NCBI RefSeq assembly: GCF_000014785.1
Contig: NC_008340.1
Location: 1,590,001 to 1,622,000 of the forward strand
DNA: 32,000 bases
Source of the DNA: Alkalilimnicola ehrlichii MLHE-1
Lineage (GTDB): Bacteria > Pseudomonadota > Gammaproteobacteria > Nitrococcales > Halorhodospiraceae
Direction of reading: 5' to 3'
Shown here one piece after another: positions 18,673 through 27,401 of the stretch. The notes under the pieces were generated by a model. That model was not told the origin of the DNA and made no database searches. It saw nothing but the letters and a program-made list of their open reading frames with translations. A program made the position numbers and the translations under genes. Every line of letters starts with the position of its first letter. Positions within the stretch are counted from its first letter, which is position 1.

Positions 18673-19212
18673 ATGCTGCGAGGGAACGATCTACGCTACG
18701 GGTGGGTGGCCCGTCTCTTTCACTGGCTCATGGCGCTGCTGTTGCTGGCCCTGTTCGCGACCGGCTGGTGGGCCACGGAGTTGAGCTATTACGACCCGCT
18801 TTACAACACTGTGCCCCACTGGCATCGCTCGCTCGGGGTCCTGGCCGGGCTGCTGATTTGCCTGCGCCTGGCCTGGCTGCTGGTGGACCGGCGCCCCCCC
18901 CACCCGCCGCAGCAGCCGGCCTGGGAGCGGCTGGCGGCGGGTGCGACCCATTGGCTGCTCTATGGCCTGATGATCGCCGTACCGGTCACCGGGTACCTGC
19001 TCTCCACTGCCGACGGCCGGCCGGTGGACGTGTTCGGGCTGTTCCAGGTGCCGGCGCTGTTGCCGCGCAGCTCCGGGCGTGAGGAGATCGCCGCGGATCT
19101 GCACTACTATCTGGCCTTTGGCGGGGCCTGGCTGGTCCTGCTCCATATCGCCGCCGCGCTCAAGCATGCCCTGATCGACCGGGACGGCGTGCTGCGGCGT
19201 ATGATCGGCTAG
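18673..19212 (+). CDS. Cytochrome b561 family protein
   Basis: WVARLFHWLMALLLLALFATGWW, VPHWHRSLGVLAGLLICLRLAW, THWLLYGLMIAVPVTGYLLS, ADLHYYLAFGGAWLVLLHIAAALKHALIDRDGVLRRM. Confidence 0.92.
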   Translation: MLRGNDLRYGWVARLFHWLMALLLLALFATGWWATELSYYDPLYNTVPHWHRSLGVLAGLLICLRLAWLLVDRRPPHPPQQPAWERLAAGATHWLLYGLMIAVPVTGYLLSTADGRPVDVFGLFQVPALLPRSSGREEIAADLHYYLAFGGAWLVLLHIAAALKHALIDRDGVLRRMIG

Positions 19213-19302
19213 CGGCCTGCCCGGTACGATCGAGCACACGAGACACTATTGACCCTACGGCCGGCCCGATCCGGCCCATGACGACACCTGAGGAGAATGA
19301 CC

Positions 19303-19908
19303 ATGACGCACTCGCTCAAGCGGATCCTGACCCGTTCACGCGCGATAGCCGCGGCGGTCTCGCTGGTCGGCCTGCTCGCCTTCACCGCTCCGGCCGTGGC
19401 CGGCGACGAGGTCTACGACCTGGATCCGGCCCACAGTTTCGTGACCTTCAGCATCTCGCACCTGGGCTTCTCCTTCATCGAGGGGCGCTTCAACGAGCTG
19501 GAGGGGGAGTTCGTCTATGATCCGGAGGCCCCGGAGAACAGCCGGGTCACCATGGAGGTGGCGACGGCCAGCATCGACACCAACCACGCCGAGCGGGACC
19601 GCCACCTGCGGGGCGAGGATTTCCTCCATGTCTCCGAATACCCGGTGGCCCGGTTTGAGACCACCGGCTTCGAGCCCGACGGTGAGGACGGGCGACTGCT
19701 GGGTGAGCTGACCCTCCACGGCGAGACCCGGCCCATCGAGGTGGACGTGACGTTTGTCGGCGCCGGGGAGGACCCCTGGGGCGGCTACCGCCGCGGTTAC
19801 GTGGGCACCACCACCATCAAGCGCAGCGATTTCGGCATGGACTACGACCTGGGTCCGGACGCCGATGAGATGCGCCTGCGCTTCGTGCTCGAGGGCATCC
19901 GCCAATAG
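19303..19908 (+). CDS. YceI family periplasmic protein
   Basis: Signal peptide, then VYDLDPAHSFVTFSISHLGFSFIEGRFNELEGEFVYDPEAPENSRVTMEVATASIDTNHAERDRHLRGEDFL. ATG 19303 has the better AGGAG spacing than 19297. Confidence 0.93.
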   Translation: MTHSLKRILTRSRAIAAAVSLVGLLAFTAPAVAGDEVYDLDPAHSFVTFSISHLGFSFIEGRFNELEGEFVYDPEAPENSRVTMEVATASIDTNHAERDRHLRGEDFLHVSEYPVARFETTGFEPDGEDGRLLGELTLHGETRPIEVDVTFVGAGEDPWGGYRRGYVGTTTIKRSDFGMDYDLGPDADEMRLRFVLEGIRQ

Positions 19909-19954
19909 GGGCGCCGGTCGAGAGCACAGCGCCTGAGTCACAAGGACACGCACC

Positions 19955-20542
19955 ATGTGGGACGAGCGGTATCGCGCAGAGGACTACTTCTACGGCACCG
20001 ACCCCAACGACTTTCTCGCCGCCGAGGCGTCTCACATCCCCCCCGGCGGGCGGGTGCTTTGTCTGGCCGAGGGCGAGGGACGCAATGCCGTCTGGCTGGC
20101 CAGGCAGGGCTACCGGGTCACCGCAGTGGACGCCTCCAGGGAGGGGGTGCGCAAGGGGGAGCGCCTGGCCGGGCAACACGGGGTATCGGTGGTATGGGTG
20201 CACGCGGACCTGGCGGACTACAGCATCGAACCCGGCTGCTGGGACGGTATTGTCGGGATCTTCGCCCATCTGCCGCCGGCGCTACGCCGCCAGGTGCACG
20301 GTGCCGCTGCGGCCGGGCTGAGGCCCGGCGGGGTGGTGATCATTGAAGCCTACACCCCACGGCAACTGGACTACGGCACCGGCGGGCCACCTGATCCGGC
20401 CATGCTGGTGAACCTGGCCACCCTGCGTGCGGATTTCCCCGGCCTGAGACCGGTCATCGCCCGGGAACGCGAGCGGGCGGTGATCGAGGGTCGGGGCCAT
20501 ACCGGCCTGGCCCATGTGGTGCAGTGGGTGGCCCGGCGCTAG
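19955..20542 (+). CDS. Class I SAM-dependent methyltransferase
   Basis: MWDERYRAEDYFYGTDPNDFLAA, VLCLAEGEGRNAVWLARQGYRVTAVDASREGVRKGERLA, LRPGGVVIIEAYTPRQLDYGTGGP. Confidence 0.88.
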   Translation: MWDERYRAEDYFYGTDPNDFLAAEASHIPPGGRVLCLAEGEGRNAVWLARQGYRVTAVDASREGVRKGERLAGQHGVSVVWVHADLADYSIEPGCWDGIVGIFAHLPPALRRQVHGAAAAGLRPGGVVIIEAYTPRQLDYGTGGPPDPAMLVNLATLRADFPGLRPVIARERERAVIEGRGHTGLAHVVQWVARR

Positions 20543-20549
20543 ACCGGGT

Positions 20550-22016
20550 TCAGCCGGGCTCGTCGCGTGCGTCGTCCGCCGGCGGGTCCGGCTGCGCCCA
20601 GCCGCCCCCCAGGGCCTTGAACAGGGTGGCGGTAGCGTTCAGCTGGTCGCGCACCGCCTCGGCCAGGGCCAGCTCCGCGGCCAGCAGGCTGCGTTGGGCG
20701 TCGAGCACCTCGATAAAGCCGATGAAGCCCTCCTGATAGCGCAGTTCGGCCAGCTGCGAGGTGCGCTCCACCGCCGCCACCTGCGCTCGGATAGCCTGAG
20801 CCCGCTGGCTGCTGGTGCGGTACAGGCTCAGGGCGTCGCGCACCTCGTTGAAGGCGCTGATCACGGTGGCCTGATACCGGGCACGTGATTGCGCCGCCAT
20901 GGCCTCGGCGGCCTCCACCCCGGCGCGCCCGCGACCGAAATCGAACAGTGGCCCCGCCACCGAGCTCCCCAGGCCCCAGGTCTCCGCGGCCCCGGTGAAT
21001 AAGTCGCTGGTGTCGGTGGCCGCCGTGCCGAGCAGGGCGGTGAGGTTTAGCCGGGGCAGGCGTTCCGCCTGCGCAACGCCGATGGCTGCGGTGGCGGCCA
21101 TCAGTTCGGCCTCGGCCGCCCGCACATCCGGCCGCCGCTCCAGCAGTTCTGAGGGCAGGGTTGCGGGCAGGTCCTCCGGCAGGTGAATGGCCTCCAGTGG
21201 CGTGTACTCGCCCAGGTCCATCTCATCGAGGGTCATCAGCTCCGCGGGGCTCATACCCACCAGCACGCCCAGCACCCCCTCCAAGGTGCTCACCTGCTCC
21301 TGGCGCAGGGGGATCTCCGCCCGAGTGCTCTGCAGTTCGGCCTCCGCCTGGCGCAGCGTCAGCTCGTCGGTTTCACCCGCCTCGTAACGCACCCGCTCCA
21401 GGGCGTAGGTCTCCTCCCGGGAGACCAGGGTGTTCTCCGTGATGGCCAGCTGTTGCTGGGCCGCCCGCAGGTCGAAGTAGGTGGTGACCACATCGGCGAT
21501 GAGGTTCAGCCGCACGGCATCCTGGCTGAAGACATTCTCCAGCAGGAAGGCCTCGGCCGCCTCACGCTCCCGGGCCAGGCGGCCAAACAGATCGATCTCA
21601 TAACCCAGCACGCCGCTTACCGAGAACAGGTTGTCGGTACGGGCTCGCGGCTCCACACCCGGAAACGCCGGCTGCAGGGTGGCGGGGCCGCGCTCCCGCG
21701 CCGCCTCCGCCTGCAGGTCGACCGTGGGCAGTTGCTCCGCGCTGGCCATGCCCAACCGGGCGCGGGCCTCCTCGAGACGGGCCGCCTGCAGGCGGATGTC
21801 CAGGTTGTTGGCCACCGCCCGCTCGACCAGTTGGTTGAGGGTGGGGTCGTCGAACCGCTTCCACCAGTCCACCCACGCCGCCCGCTCCCCATCGGCCAAC
21901 AGGCTGCTTTCGGGCCAGGCCTCCGGCAGGTCCATTTCCGGGGCCTGGTAGTCTGGGCCGACGGCGCAGCCGGCCAGTATCAGTACTGCGGCCAGGGCGG
22001 TTATCGCCTTACGCAT
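20550..22016 (-). CDS. Outer membrane efflux lipoprotein, NodT/OprM family
   Basis: From MRKAITALAAVLILAGCAVGPDYQAPEMDLPEAW (lipobox and GPDY typical of OprM/NodT); internal repeat structure, SLYRTSSQRAQAIRAQVAAVERTSQLAELRYQEGFIGFIEVLDAQRSLL. Confidence 0.93.
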   Translation of the reverse strand: MRKAITALAAVLILAGCAVGPDYQAPEMDLPEAWPESSLLADGERAAWVDWWKRFDDPTLNQLVERAVANNLDIRLQAARLEEARARLGMASAEQLPTVDLQAEAARERGPATLQPAFPGVEPRARTDNLFSVSGVLGYEIDLFGRLAREREAAEAFLLENVFSQDAVRLNLIADVVTTYFDLRAAQQQLAITENTLVSREETYALERVRYEAGETDELTLRQAEAELQSTRAEIPLRQEQVSTLEGVLGVLVGMSPAELMTLDEMDLGEYTPLEAIHLPEDLPATLPSELLERRPDVRAAEAELMAATAAIGVAQAERLPRLNLTALLGTAATDTSDLFTGAAETWGLGSSVAGPLFDFGRGRAGVEAAEAMAAQSRARYQATVISAFNEVRDALSLYRTSSQRAQAIRAQVAAVERTSQLAELRYQEGFIGFIEVLDAQRSLLAAELALAEAVRDQLNATATLFKALGGGWAQPDPPADDARDEPG

Positions 22017-25000
22017 GGTTCCCGGCCTCCTTGTCATCGGCCTGCGCCGCCTTCTCCTGCTCACGCCGGGCCCGCCGCTCGTTGCGCCAGGTGGCGACAT
22101 CCTCAAGCAGTTTGTAGAACAGCGGCACGAAGAGCAGCGCCAGGGTGCTGGCGGCCAGCATGCCGCCCACCACCACGGTCCCGATCTCCTGGCGGCTGGC
22201 GGCGCCGGCCCCGGTGGCGAACACCAGAGGCAGGGTGCCGATGATGAAGGTCAGGGCGGTCATCATAATGGCGCGGAAACGCTGGCGTGCCGCAGCCATG
22301 GCCGCCTCGGTGGAGGTCATGCCGGTGGCCCGGTTCTGGGCCGCGAACTCCACGATGAGAATGGCGTTCTTGGCCGCCAGGCCGATCAGCACCAGCAGGC
22401 CCACCTGGAAGTAGATGTCGTTGGGGAAACCGCGGAGCAGGGCGAAGAGGGCGGCGCCCAGGACGGCGAAGGGGACCGCGGTGGCCACGGCCAGAGGCAG
22501 CGTCCAGCGTTCGTACTGCGCGGCCAGGATCAGGAACACCATTAGCAGGCCCATGGCGAAGGCCGCGGCGCCGGCGCCGGCCGCCACCTCCAACTGGTAG
22601 GCCTCGCCGATCCAGCCGAGCAGAGCGTCGGCCCCCTCCTCGTCGCGGACCTCGGCCACCACCGCCTCGAGCGCCGCCTTCGCGTCACCGCTGGTGTAGC
22701 CGGGGGCGGGGTCGGCCATCAGCTTGGCGGCCTGATAGATGTTGAAGCGGTTGATGATGTCCGCGCCCGACTCGCGGGTCAGACGGACCAGCGCGCTCAG
22801 CGGCACGAGATCACCGCTCTCGGAGCGCACGAAGACATGGCGCAGGTCCTCCGGATGGCTCCGGAAGTCCTGCTCGGACTGGAGGTTCACCTGCCATAGC
22901 CGTCCGGCGAAGGTGAAATCGTTGACATAGAGGGCGCCGAAGGTGGCCCGCATGGTATTAAACACCTCGTCAATCCGCACCCCGGCCGCCTTGGCCTTCT
23001 CGCGGTCCAACTCCGCACGGTAGCGGGGGATGCCGGTGTCCAGCGTCGAGCGGGCGTTCACCAGCTCCGGGCGCTCATTGGCCCGCTGGACCACCCGGTT
23101 GGCCAAGGCCTCCACCTGGCGGGCGCTCATGTCCTCGCGCACCTGCAGAAAGCCCTCCACGCCGCCGGTCAGTGACAGCCCCTGGATGGGCGGCGGAATG
23201 AAGGCGAACACATTGGCCTCCTGCAGGCCGAACCCCATCCCGGAGATTCGCTCACTCATGGCCGCGGCGTGTTGGTCGGGCCGGGGCCGATCGGCCCAGT
23301 CGGTGAAGTTCACGAAACCGACCGCGGCGTTGGTCCGCAGCGAGCCGGCGATGATGTCGAAGCCGGCGAAGGCGGTGAACTCCTGGATCTCTTCCAGTTG
23401 CGTGAGCTGCGCCGCCAGGGCGTCGCGGACCGCTTCGGTGCGGTTCAGCGCTGAGGTGGGCGGCAACTGTGCGACCACCAGGGCAAACCCCTGGTCCTCC
23501 TGGGGCACCAGGCCGTCCGGCATGCGCTCCACCAGGAACACCGCGCCGCCCACGGCGAGTGCGAACAGCCCGACACCCACAGTGCGGTTTCTGACCAGGA
23601 AGCCGACCGCGGCCACGAAGGCCCGGGTCAGGTGTTCAAAGCCGGCGTTGAAGAGGCGGAAGGGCAGCCAGGGTGTCTTCGGCTGCTTATCCAGGAGCAG
23701 GGCACACATCGCCGGGGTCAGGGTCAGCGCCACCACGCCGGAGATCACCACCGAGAAGGCGATAGTGACCGCGAACTGGCGGTACAACTCACCGGTCAGA
23801 CCGCCCAGGAAGGCCACGGGCGCGAAGACCGCCACCAGCACCAGGGTGGAGGAGACCACCGCCCCGGAAACCTGCTTCATGGTCTCCACCGAGGCCTCCC
23901 TGGCCTTCAGCCCCTTCTCGCGCATCAGCCGCTCGACGTTCTCCATCACGATGATGGCGTTGTCCACGACGATGCCGATGGCCAGCACCAGCCCGAAGAG
24001 GGTCAGCAGGTTGACCGAAAAGCCCATGGCCTGCATGCCCGCAAAGGTCCCGATCAGGGAGACCGGTATCGCAGTGATGGGGATCAGGGTCGCCCGCAGG
24101 TGCTGCAGGAAGACGAAGGTCACCAGCACCACGAGCCCTACCGCGATGAGCAGTGTGGTGTAGACCTCCCGGATGGAGACCTCCACGAACTCGGTGGTGT
24201 CATAGGGGATGGTGTACTCCACGCCCTCGGGAAAGCGCTCGGCGCTGTCCGCCAGCGCGGCCCGCACCTGCTCGGCGGTCTCCAGGGCGTTGGCCCCGGG
24301 CGCCTGATAGACCCCGATGGGGACGGTCGGCTCGCCGTTGTAGGTGGCGGAGAAGGCGTAGCTCTGGGCACCCAGTTCGGCCCTGGCCACGTCGCCGAGG
24401 CGCAGGGTGGCCCCGGACTCGTCCGAGCGCAGGATGATGGCCTCGAACTCCTCCGCCCCCTCCAGTTGGCCCCGGGTGGTCACGGTGAGGGTGAAGGCCT
24501 GGCCGTCGGGGGCCGGCTCAGCGCCCATCTGGCCGGCGGCGAACTGGGCGTTCTGCTCGCGGATGGCCGCCGCCACCTCCGCCGGCGTCAGGTCGTACTG
24601 GGCCAGCTTGTCCGGCCGTAGCCAGATCCGCATGGCGTAGTCCTGCTGGCCGAATAGAGAGGCCTCGCCCACACCGGGCAGGCGCTCCAGTTCGTCGATG
24701 ATGTTCAGCAGGGCGTAGTTACTGAGCTCGAGCGTGCCGTGGCGCCCGTCCGGCGAGCTGAGCGTCGCCACCAACAGGATGTTGGTGGAGCGGGCCTCCA
24801 CCCGCACCCCCTGGTCCCGTACCGCCTGGGGCAGTCGGGGCAGGGCGGCCTGCACCCGGTTGTTGACGTTGATCTCGGCCTGATCCGGATCGGTGCCCAT
24901 CTCGAAGGAGACCGAGATCTGGACCGTGCCGGCGTCGGTACTGGTGGACTCCATGTAGATCATGTCGTCCACGCCGTTGATCTCCTGCTCCAGGGGTGCG

Positions 25001-25185
25001 GCCACCGCCTCCGCCAACACCTCCGAGCTGGCGCCGGGGTAAGCGGCCTGGACCACGATCTCCGGTGGCACCACGTCCGGGTACTGCTCGATGGGCAGGG
25101 CGCGCAGCGACGCGAGCCCGGCCACCAGGATGATGATCGAGATGACTGAGGCGAAGATCGGCCGGTCGATGAAGAACCGCAGCAT
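22009..25185 (-). CDS. RND multidrug efflux permease (AcrB/MexF-like, HAE1 family)
   Basis: From MLRFFIDRPIFASVISIIILVAGLASLRALPIEQYPDVVPPEIVVQAAYPGAS; NAIIVMENVERLMREKGLKAREASVETMKQVSGAVV, GLAAKNAILIVEFA, RFRAIMMTALTFIIGTLPLVFATGAGAASRQEIGT. Confidence 0.96.
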   Translation of the reverse strand: MLRFFIDRPIFASVISIIILVAGLASLRALPIEQYPDVVPPEIVVQAAYPGASSEVLAEAVAAPLEQEINGVDDMIYMESTSTDAGTVQISVSFEMGTDPDQAEINVNNRVQAALPRLPQAVRDQGVRVEARSTNILLVATLSSPDGRHGTLELSNYALLNIIDELERLPGVGEASLFGQQDYAMRIWLRPDKLAQYDLTPAEVAAAIREQNAQFAAGQMGAEPAPDGQAFTLTVTTRGQLEGAEEFEAIILRSDESGATLRLGDVARAELGAQSYAFSATYNGEPTVPIGVYQAPGANALETAEQVRAALADSAERFPEGVEYTIPYDTTEFVEVSIREVYTTLLIAVGLVVLVTFVFLQHLRATLIPITAIPVSLIGTFAGMQAMGFSVNLLTLFGLVLAIGIVVDNAIIVMENVERLMREKGLKAREASVETMKQVSGAVVSSTLVLVAVFAPVAFLGGLTGELYRQFAVTIAFSVVISGVVALTLTPAMCALLLDKQPKTPWLPFRLFNAGFEHLTRAFVAAVGFLVRNRTVGVGLFALAVGGAVFLVERMPDGLVPQEDQGFALVVAQLPPTSALNRTEAVRDALAAQLTQLEEIQEFTAFAGFDIIAGSLRTNAAVGFVNFTDWADRPRPDQHAAAMSERISGMGFGLQEANVFAFIPPPIQGLSLTGGVEGFLQVREDMSARQVEALANRVVQRANERPELVNARSTLDTGIPRYRAELDREKAKAAGVRIDEVFNTMRATFGALYVNDFTFAGRLWQVNLQSEQDFRSHPEDLRHVFVRSESGDLVPLSALVRLTRESGADIINRFNIYQAAKLMADPAPGYTSGDAKAALEAVVAEVRDEEGADALLGWIGEAYQLEVAAGAGAAAFAMGLLMVFLILAAQYERWTLPLAVATAVPFAVLGAALFALLRGFPNDIYFQVGLLVLIGLAAKNAILIVEFAAQNRATGMTSTEAAMAAARQRFRAIMMTALTFIIGTLPLVFATGAGAASRQEIGTVVVGGMLAASTLALLFVPLFYKLLEDVATWRNERRARREQEKAAQADDKEAGNHA

Positions 25186-25189
25186 GGGA

Positions 25190-26347
25190 TTACTCCTCGT
25201 CCGACCGGTCGGCCACCACATCCACGGCCATTCCATCATGCAGGGCGACATGGCCATTCACCACCAGGCGTTCACCCGGCGTCAGGCCGTCGAGAATGAT
25301 CTGTCGGCCGTCGACCACAGGGCCGAGTTCCACCGGCCGCGCCCGTGCGGTGCCCTCCTCATCCACCACAAAGACCTGTGGCCCCTCTCGCCCTTCGCCG
25401 ACGGCGGTCTCGTCCACGACCACGGCATCCTGGTGCCGCTCCAGCAGCAGTCTCACCCGCAGGAACTGGCCCGGCACGATGCGGTGCTCCACATTGGGGA
25501 AAACCGCCCGCGCCGTGACACTGCCGGTGCGCGGGTCAATCGTGCTGTCGGTGAAGTCCACCGTCCCGGTGTGGGCGTAGGTGGTGCCGTCGGGCAGGCG
25601 CAGATGGGCCTCGTATTCGTGGTCATCGCCCGCCGCCAGCCGCGCCTGGCGCGCCGCGCGCTGAACAGCAGCGTCGCCTTCGGGTAGGGCGAAGCGGACA
25701 TGGATCGGGTCGTGCCGGGTAATGCGGGTGAGCAGGGTGCCCCGCTCGATCAGACTGCCCTCGGGTAGCACCTCCAGCCCGGTCGTCCCGCTCAGCGGTG
25801 CCTGGACTTCGGTATAACGCAGGTTGCGTTGCGCATCACGCACAGCGGCATCGGCCACGGCCCGTTGTGCCTCCGCCAGTTCGAACTCGGACAGGGCCCG
25901 GTCCCGCTCCCGCTGACTGACCGCATCCCGTTCGTAGAGCGAGGCGATCCGGCGCCATTCCCGACTGGCCTGGTTATAGGCGGCTTGCGCATTGGCGCGT
26001 TCCGCCTCGGCCCGGCGTAGGGCGATTTCATAAGGCTCCGGGTCGATGCGGAAGAGGGCATCGCCCTCATTCACCACCTGGCCCTCCCGGTAAAGGCGCT
26101 CTTCCAGGATGCCGTCCACCCGGGCGCGAACCTCCACCTCGCGTGCGCCGCGGGCGCGGCCGGCATAGACCCCCTCAACCTCCACGGCGGCTGTCTCAAC
26201 CGGGGCGACGGTGACCGGGGGCGGTGGCATATCTGCCTGCTGTTGACCCAGGGCTGGGAGCGTCCACCCATAGAGACCCAGAGCGACGACGATGGCGGTA
26301 ACGATGGACTTGGGTTTGCGTGCGAGCGCGGGCGAGGCAGCGGACAT
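25190..26347 (-). CDS. RND efflux periplasmic adaptor (AcrA/MexE-like)
   Basis: 385 aa: VYAGRARGAREVEVRARVDGILEERLYREGQVVNEGDALFRIDPEPYEIALRRAEAERANA, VQAPLSGTTGLEVLPEGSLIERGTLLTRI, RIVPGQFLRVRL. Confidence 0.94.
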   Translation of the reverse strand: MSAASPALARKPKSIVTAIVVALGLYGWTLPALGQQQADMPPPPVTVAPVETAAVEVEGVYAGRARGAREVEVRARVDGILEERLYREGQVVNEGDALFRIDPEPYEIALRRAEAERANAQAAYNQASREWRRIASLYERDAVSQRERDRALSEFELAEAQRAVADAAVRDAQRNLRYTEVQAPLSGTTGLEVLPEGSLIERGTLLTRITRHDPIHVRFALPEGDAAVQRAARQARLAAGDDHEYEAHLRLPDGTTYAHTGTVDFTDSTIDPRTGSVTARAVFPNVEHRIVPGQFLRVRLLLERHQDAVVVDETAVGEGREGPQVFVVDEEGTARARPVELGPVVDGRQIILDGLTPGERLVVNGHVALHDGMAVDVVADRSDEE

Positions 26348-26409
26348 GCGCTGGGTTCTCCGATGGGAATGGGCTTGCGGTGGTGTGAGGTCCGGACCGA
26401 ATCAGCTGC

Positions 26410-26441
26410 GTTTACATACATACAAGGACGTATGTAAACGA
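26410..26441. promoter_or_regulatory. Inverted repeat, candidate TetR/AcrR-type operator between the adaptor gene and tetR
   Basis: CGTTTACATAC (26410-26420) ... GTATGTAAACG (26431-26441): perfect 11-bp arms, 10-nt spacer, in the divergent intergenic region. Confidence 0.75.
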
Positions 26442-26449
26442 TTAACGGT

Positions 26450-26455
26450 ATACTA
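26450..26455 (+). promoter_or_regulatory. Candidate -10 element for tetR
   Basis: TATACT just downstream of the inverted repeat and 25-50 nt upstream of the possible start codons; -35 not clear. Confidence 0.4.
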
Positions 26456-26500
26456 CACAGCCGACAAAACCAGTCAACAATGGATCTACCCGAGCCAAGC

Positions 26501-27166
26501 ATGCGCAAAACCAAGGCGGAAGCCGAAGAAACCCGTCACCAGTTGCTGGATGCCGCCGAAGCCGTCTTCCTGGAGCGCGGCGTGGCCGACGCCAGCCTCG
26601 CGGCCATCGCGGAGGCGGCGGGCATGACCCGCGGTGCCATCTATTGGCACTTTCGCGATAAGACACACCTCTACGATGAGATGGTGCGGCGCGTGCGCCT
26701 GCCGTTGGTGACCATGCGGGAGGCCTATGATGGCGAACTGGGGGGTGATCCGGTCGCGGTGCTGGAGAAGCTCTGCCTGACGGCCATCCGCCACCTGCTC
26801 AGGGATGAACGTACCCGCCGGGTCTACACCATCGTCCTGCACCGGCGGGCGCGCCGCCCCGGCGAACCGGCCACGGCGGGCGAGGCCGAGAACCGCGAGC
26901 AGGCCGAGGCGGCGTTCCGCAGTTGCTTTGAGGCCGCACAGCGCCAGGGTCGGCTGCATCCGGCGCTCAGCCCCGATACCGCCTTGGATGCGCTGATCGC
27001 CTTTTTCACCGGATTATTGTTCATCTGGCTGCAGGAGCCGGAGCGCCTGGATCTGGAGGGCGAGGCCGAGTGCTTGTTCCGGGTGTTTCTCCGGGGCCTC
27101 GTGCGGCCCGCTTCAAGCGCCGACCCGCGGGGCGACCGGGCCGGTGGTGCGGACGAGGAACGGTGA
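26501..27166 (+). CDS. TetR family transcriptional regulator (AcrR-like)
   Basis: MRKTKAEAEETRHQLLDAAEAVFLERGVADASLAAIAEAAGMTRGAIYWHFRDKTHLYDEMVRR, typical TetR helix-turn-helix. Alternative start ATG 26480. Confidence 0.93.
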   Translation: MRKTKAEAEETRHQLLDAAEAVFLERGVADASLAAIAEAAGMTRGAIYWHFRDKTHLYDEMVRRVRLPLVTMREAYDGELGGDPVAVLEKLCLTAIRHLLRDERTRRVYTIVLHRRARRPGEPATAGEAENREQAEAAFRSCFEAAQRQGRLHPALSPDTALDALIAFFTGLLFIWLQEPERLDLEGEAECLFRVFLRGLVRPASSADPRGDRAGGADEER

Positions 27167-27302
27167 GGGCGATCAGATCCATCCTCGGGTGTACTGAAGC
27201 GCGCTGAATCCGCGGTGGCGCCCGGCGGCCCCGCAATCCGCTCACGATGCTGTTGCAACGGCCATTGCTGCCCGCGGCGGGGCGGTGGGTCTGCGTGTTT
27301 GT

Positions 27303-27338
27303 TTGAGACAGACGGCATTTAACATAATATACATTATG
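27303..27338 (+). promoter_or_regulatory. AT-rich promoter-like element with a small dyad, no assigned downstream gene
   Basis: TTGAGA (27303-27308), 16 nt, TAATAT (27325-27330); dyad CATAAT (27323-27328) / ATTATG (27333-27338). Confidence 0.3.
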
Positions 27339-27401
27339 CGCAGTAACGGATCGGACCGGTCGACCTTCCGGGGCCGCGCACGCCGGTGGCCTGGCGAGGA
27401 C

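Noticed and set aside
23030-24621. Large + strand ORFs (377 aa and 329 aa) opposite the RND permease
   Set aside because: Antisense to the confidently called AcrB/MexF-like gene, with no recognisable domain or RBS; GC-driven shadow ORFs.
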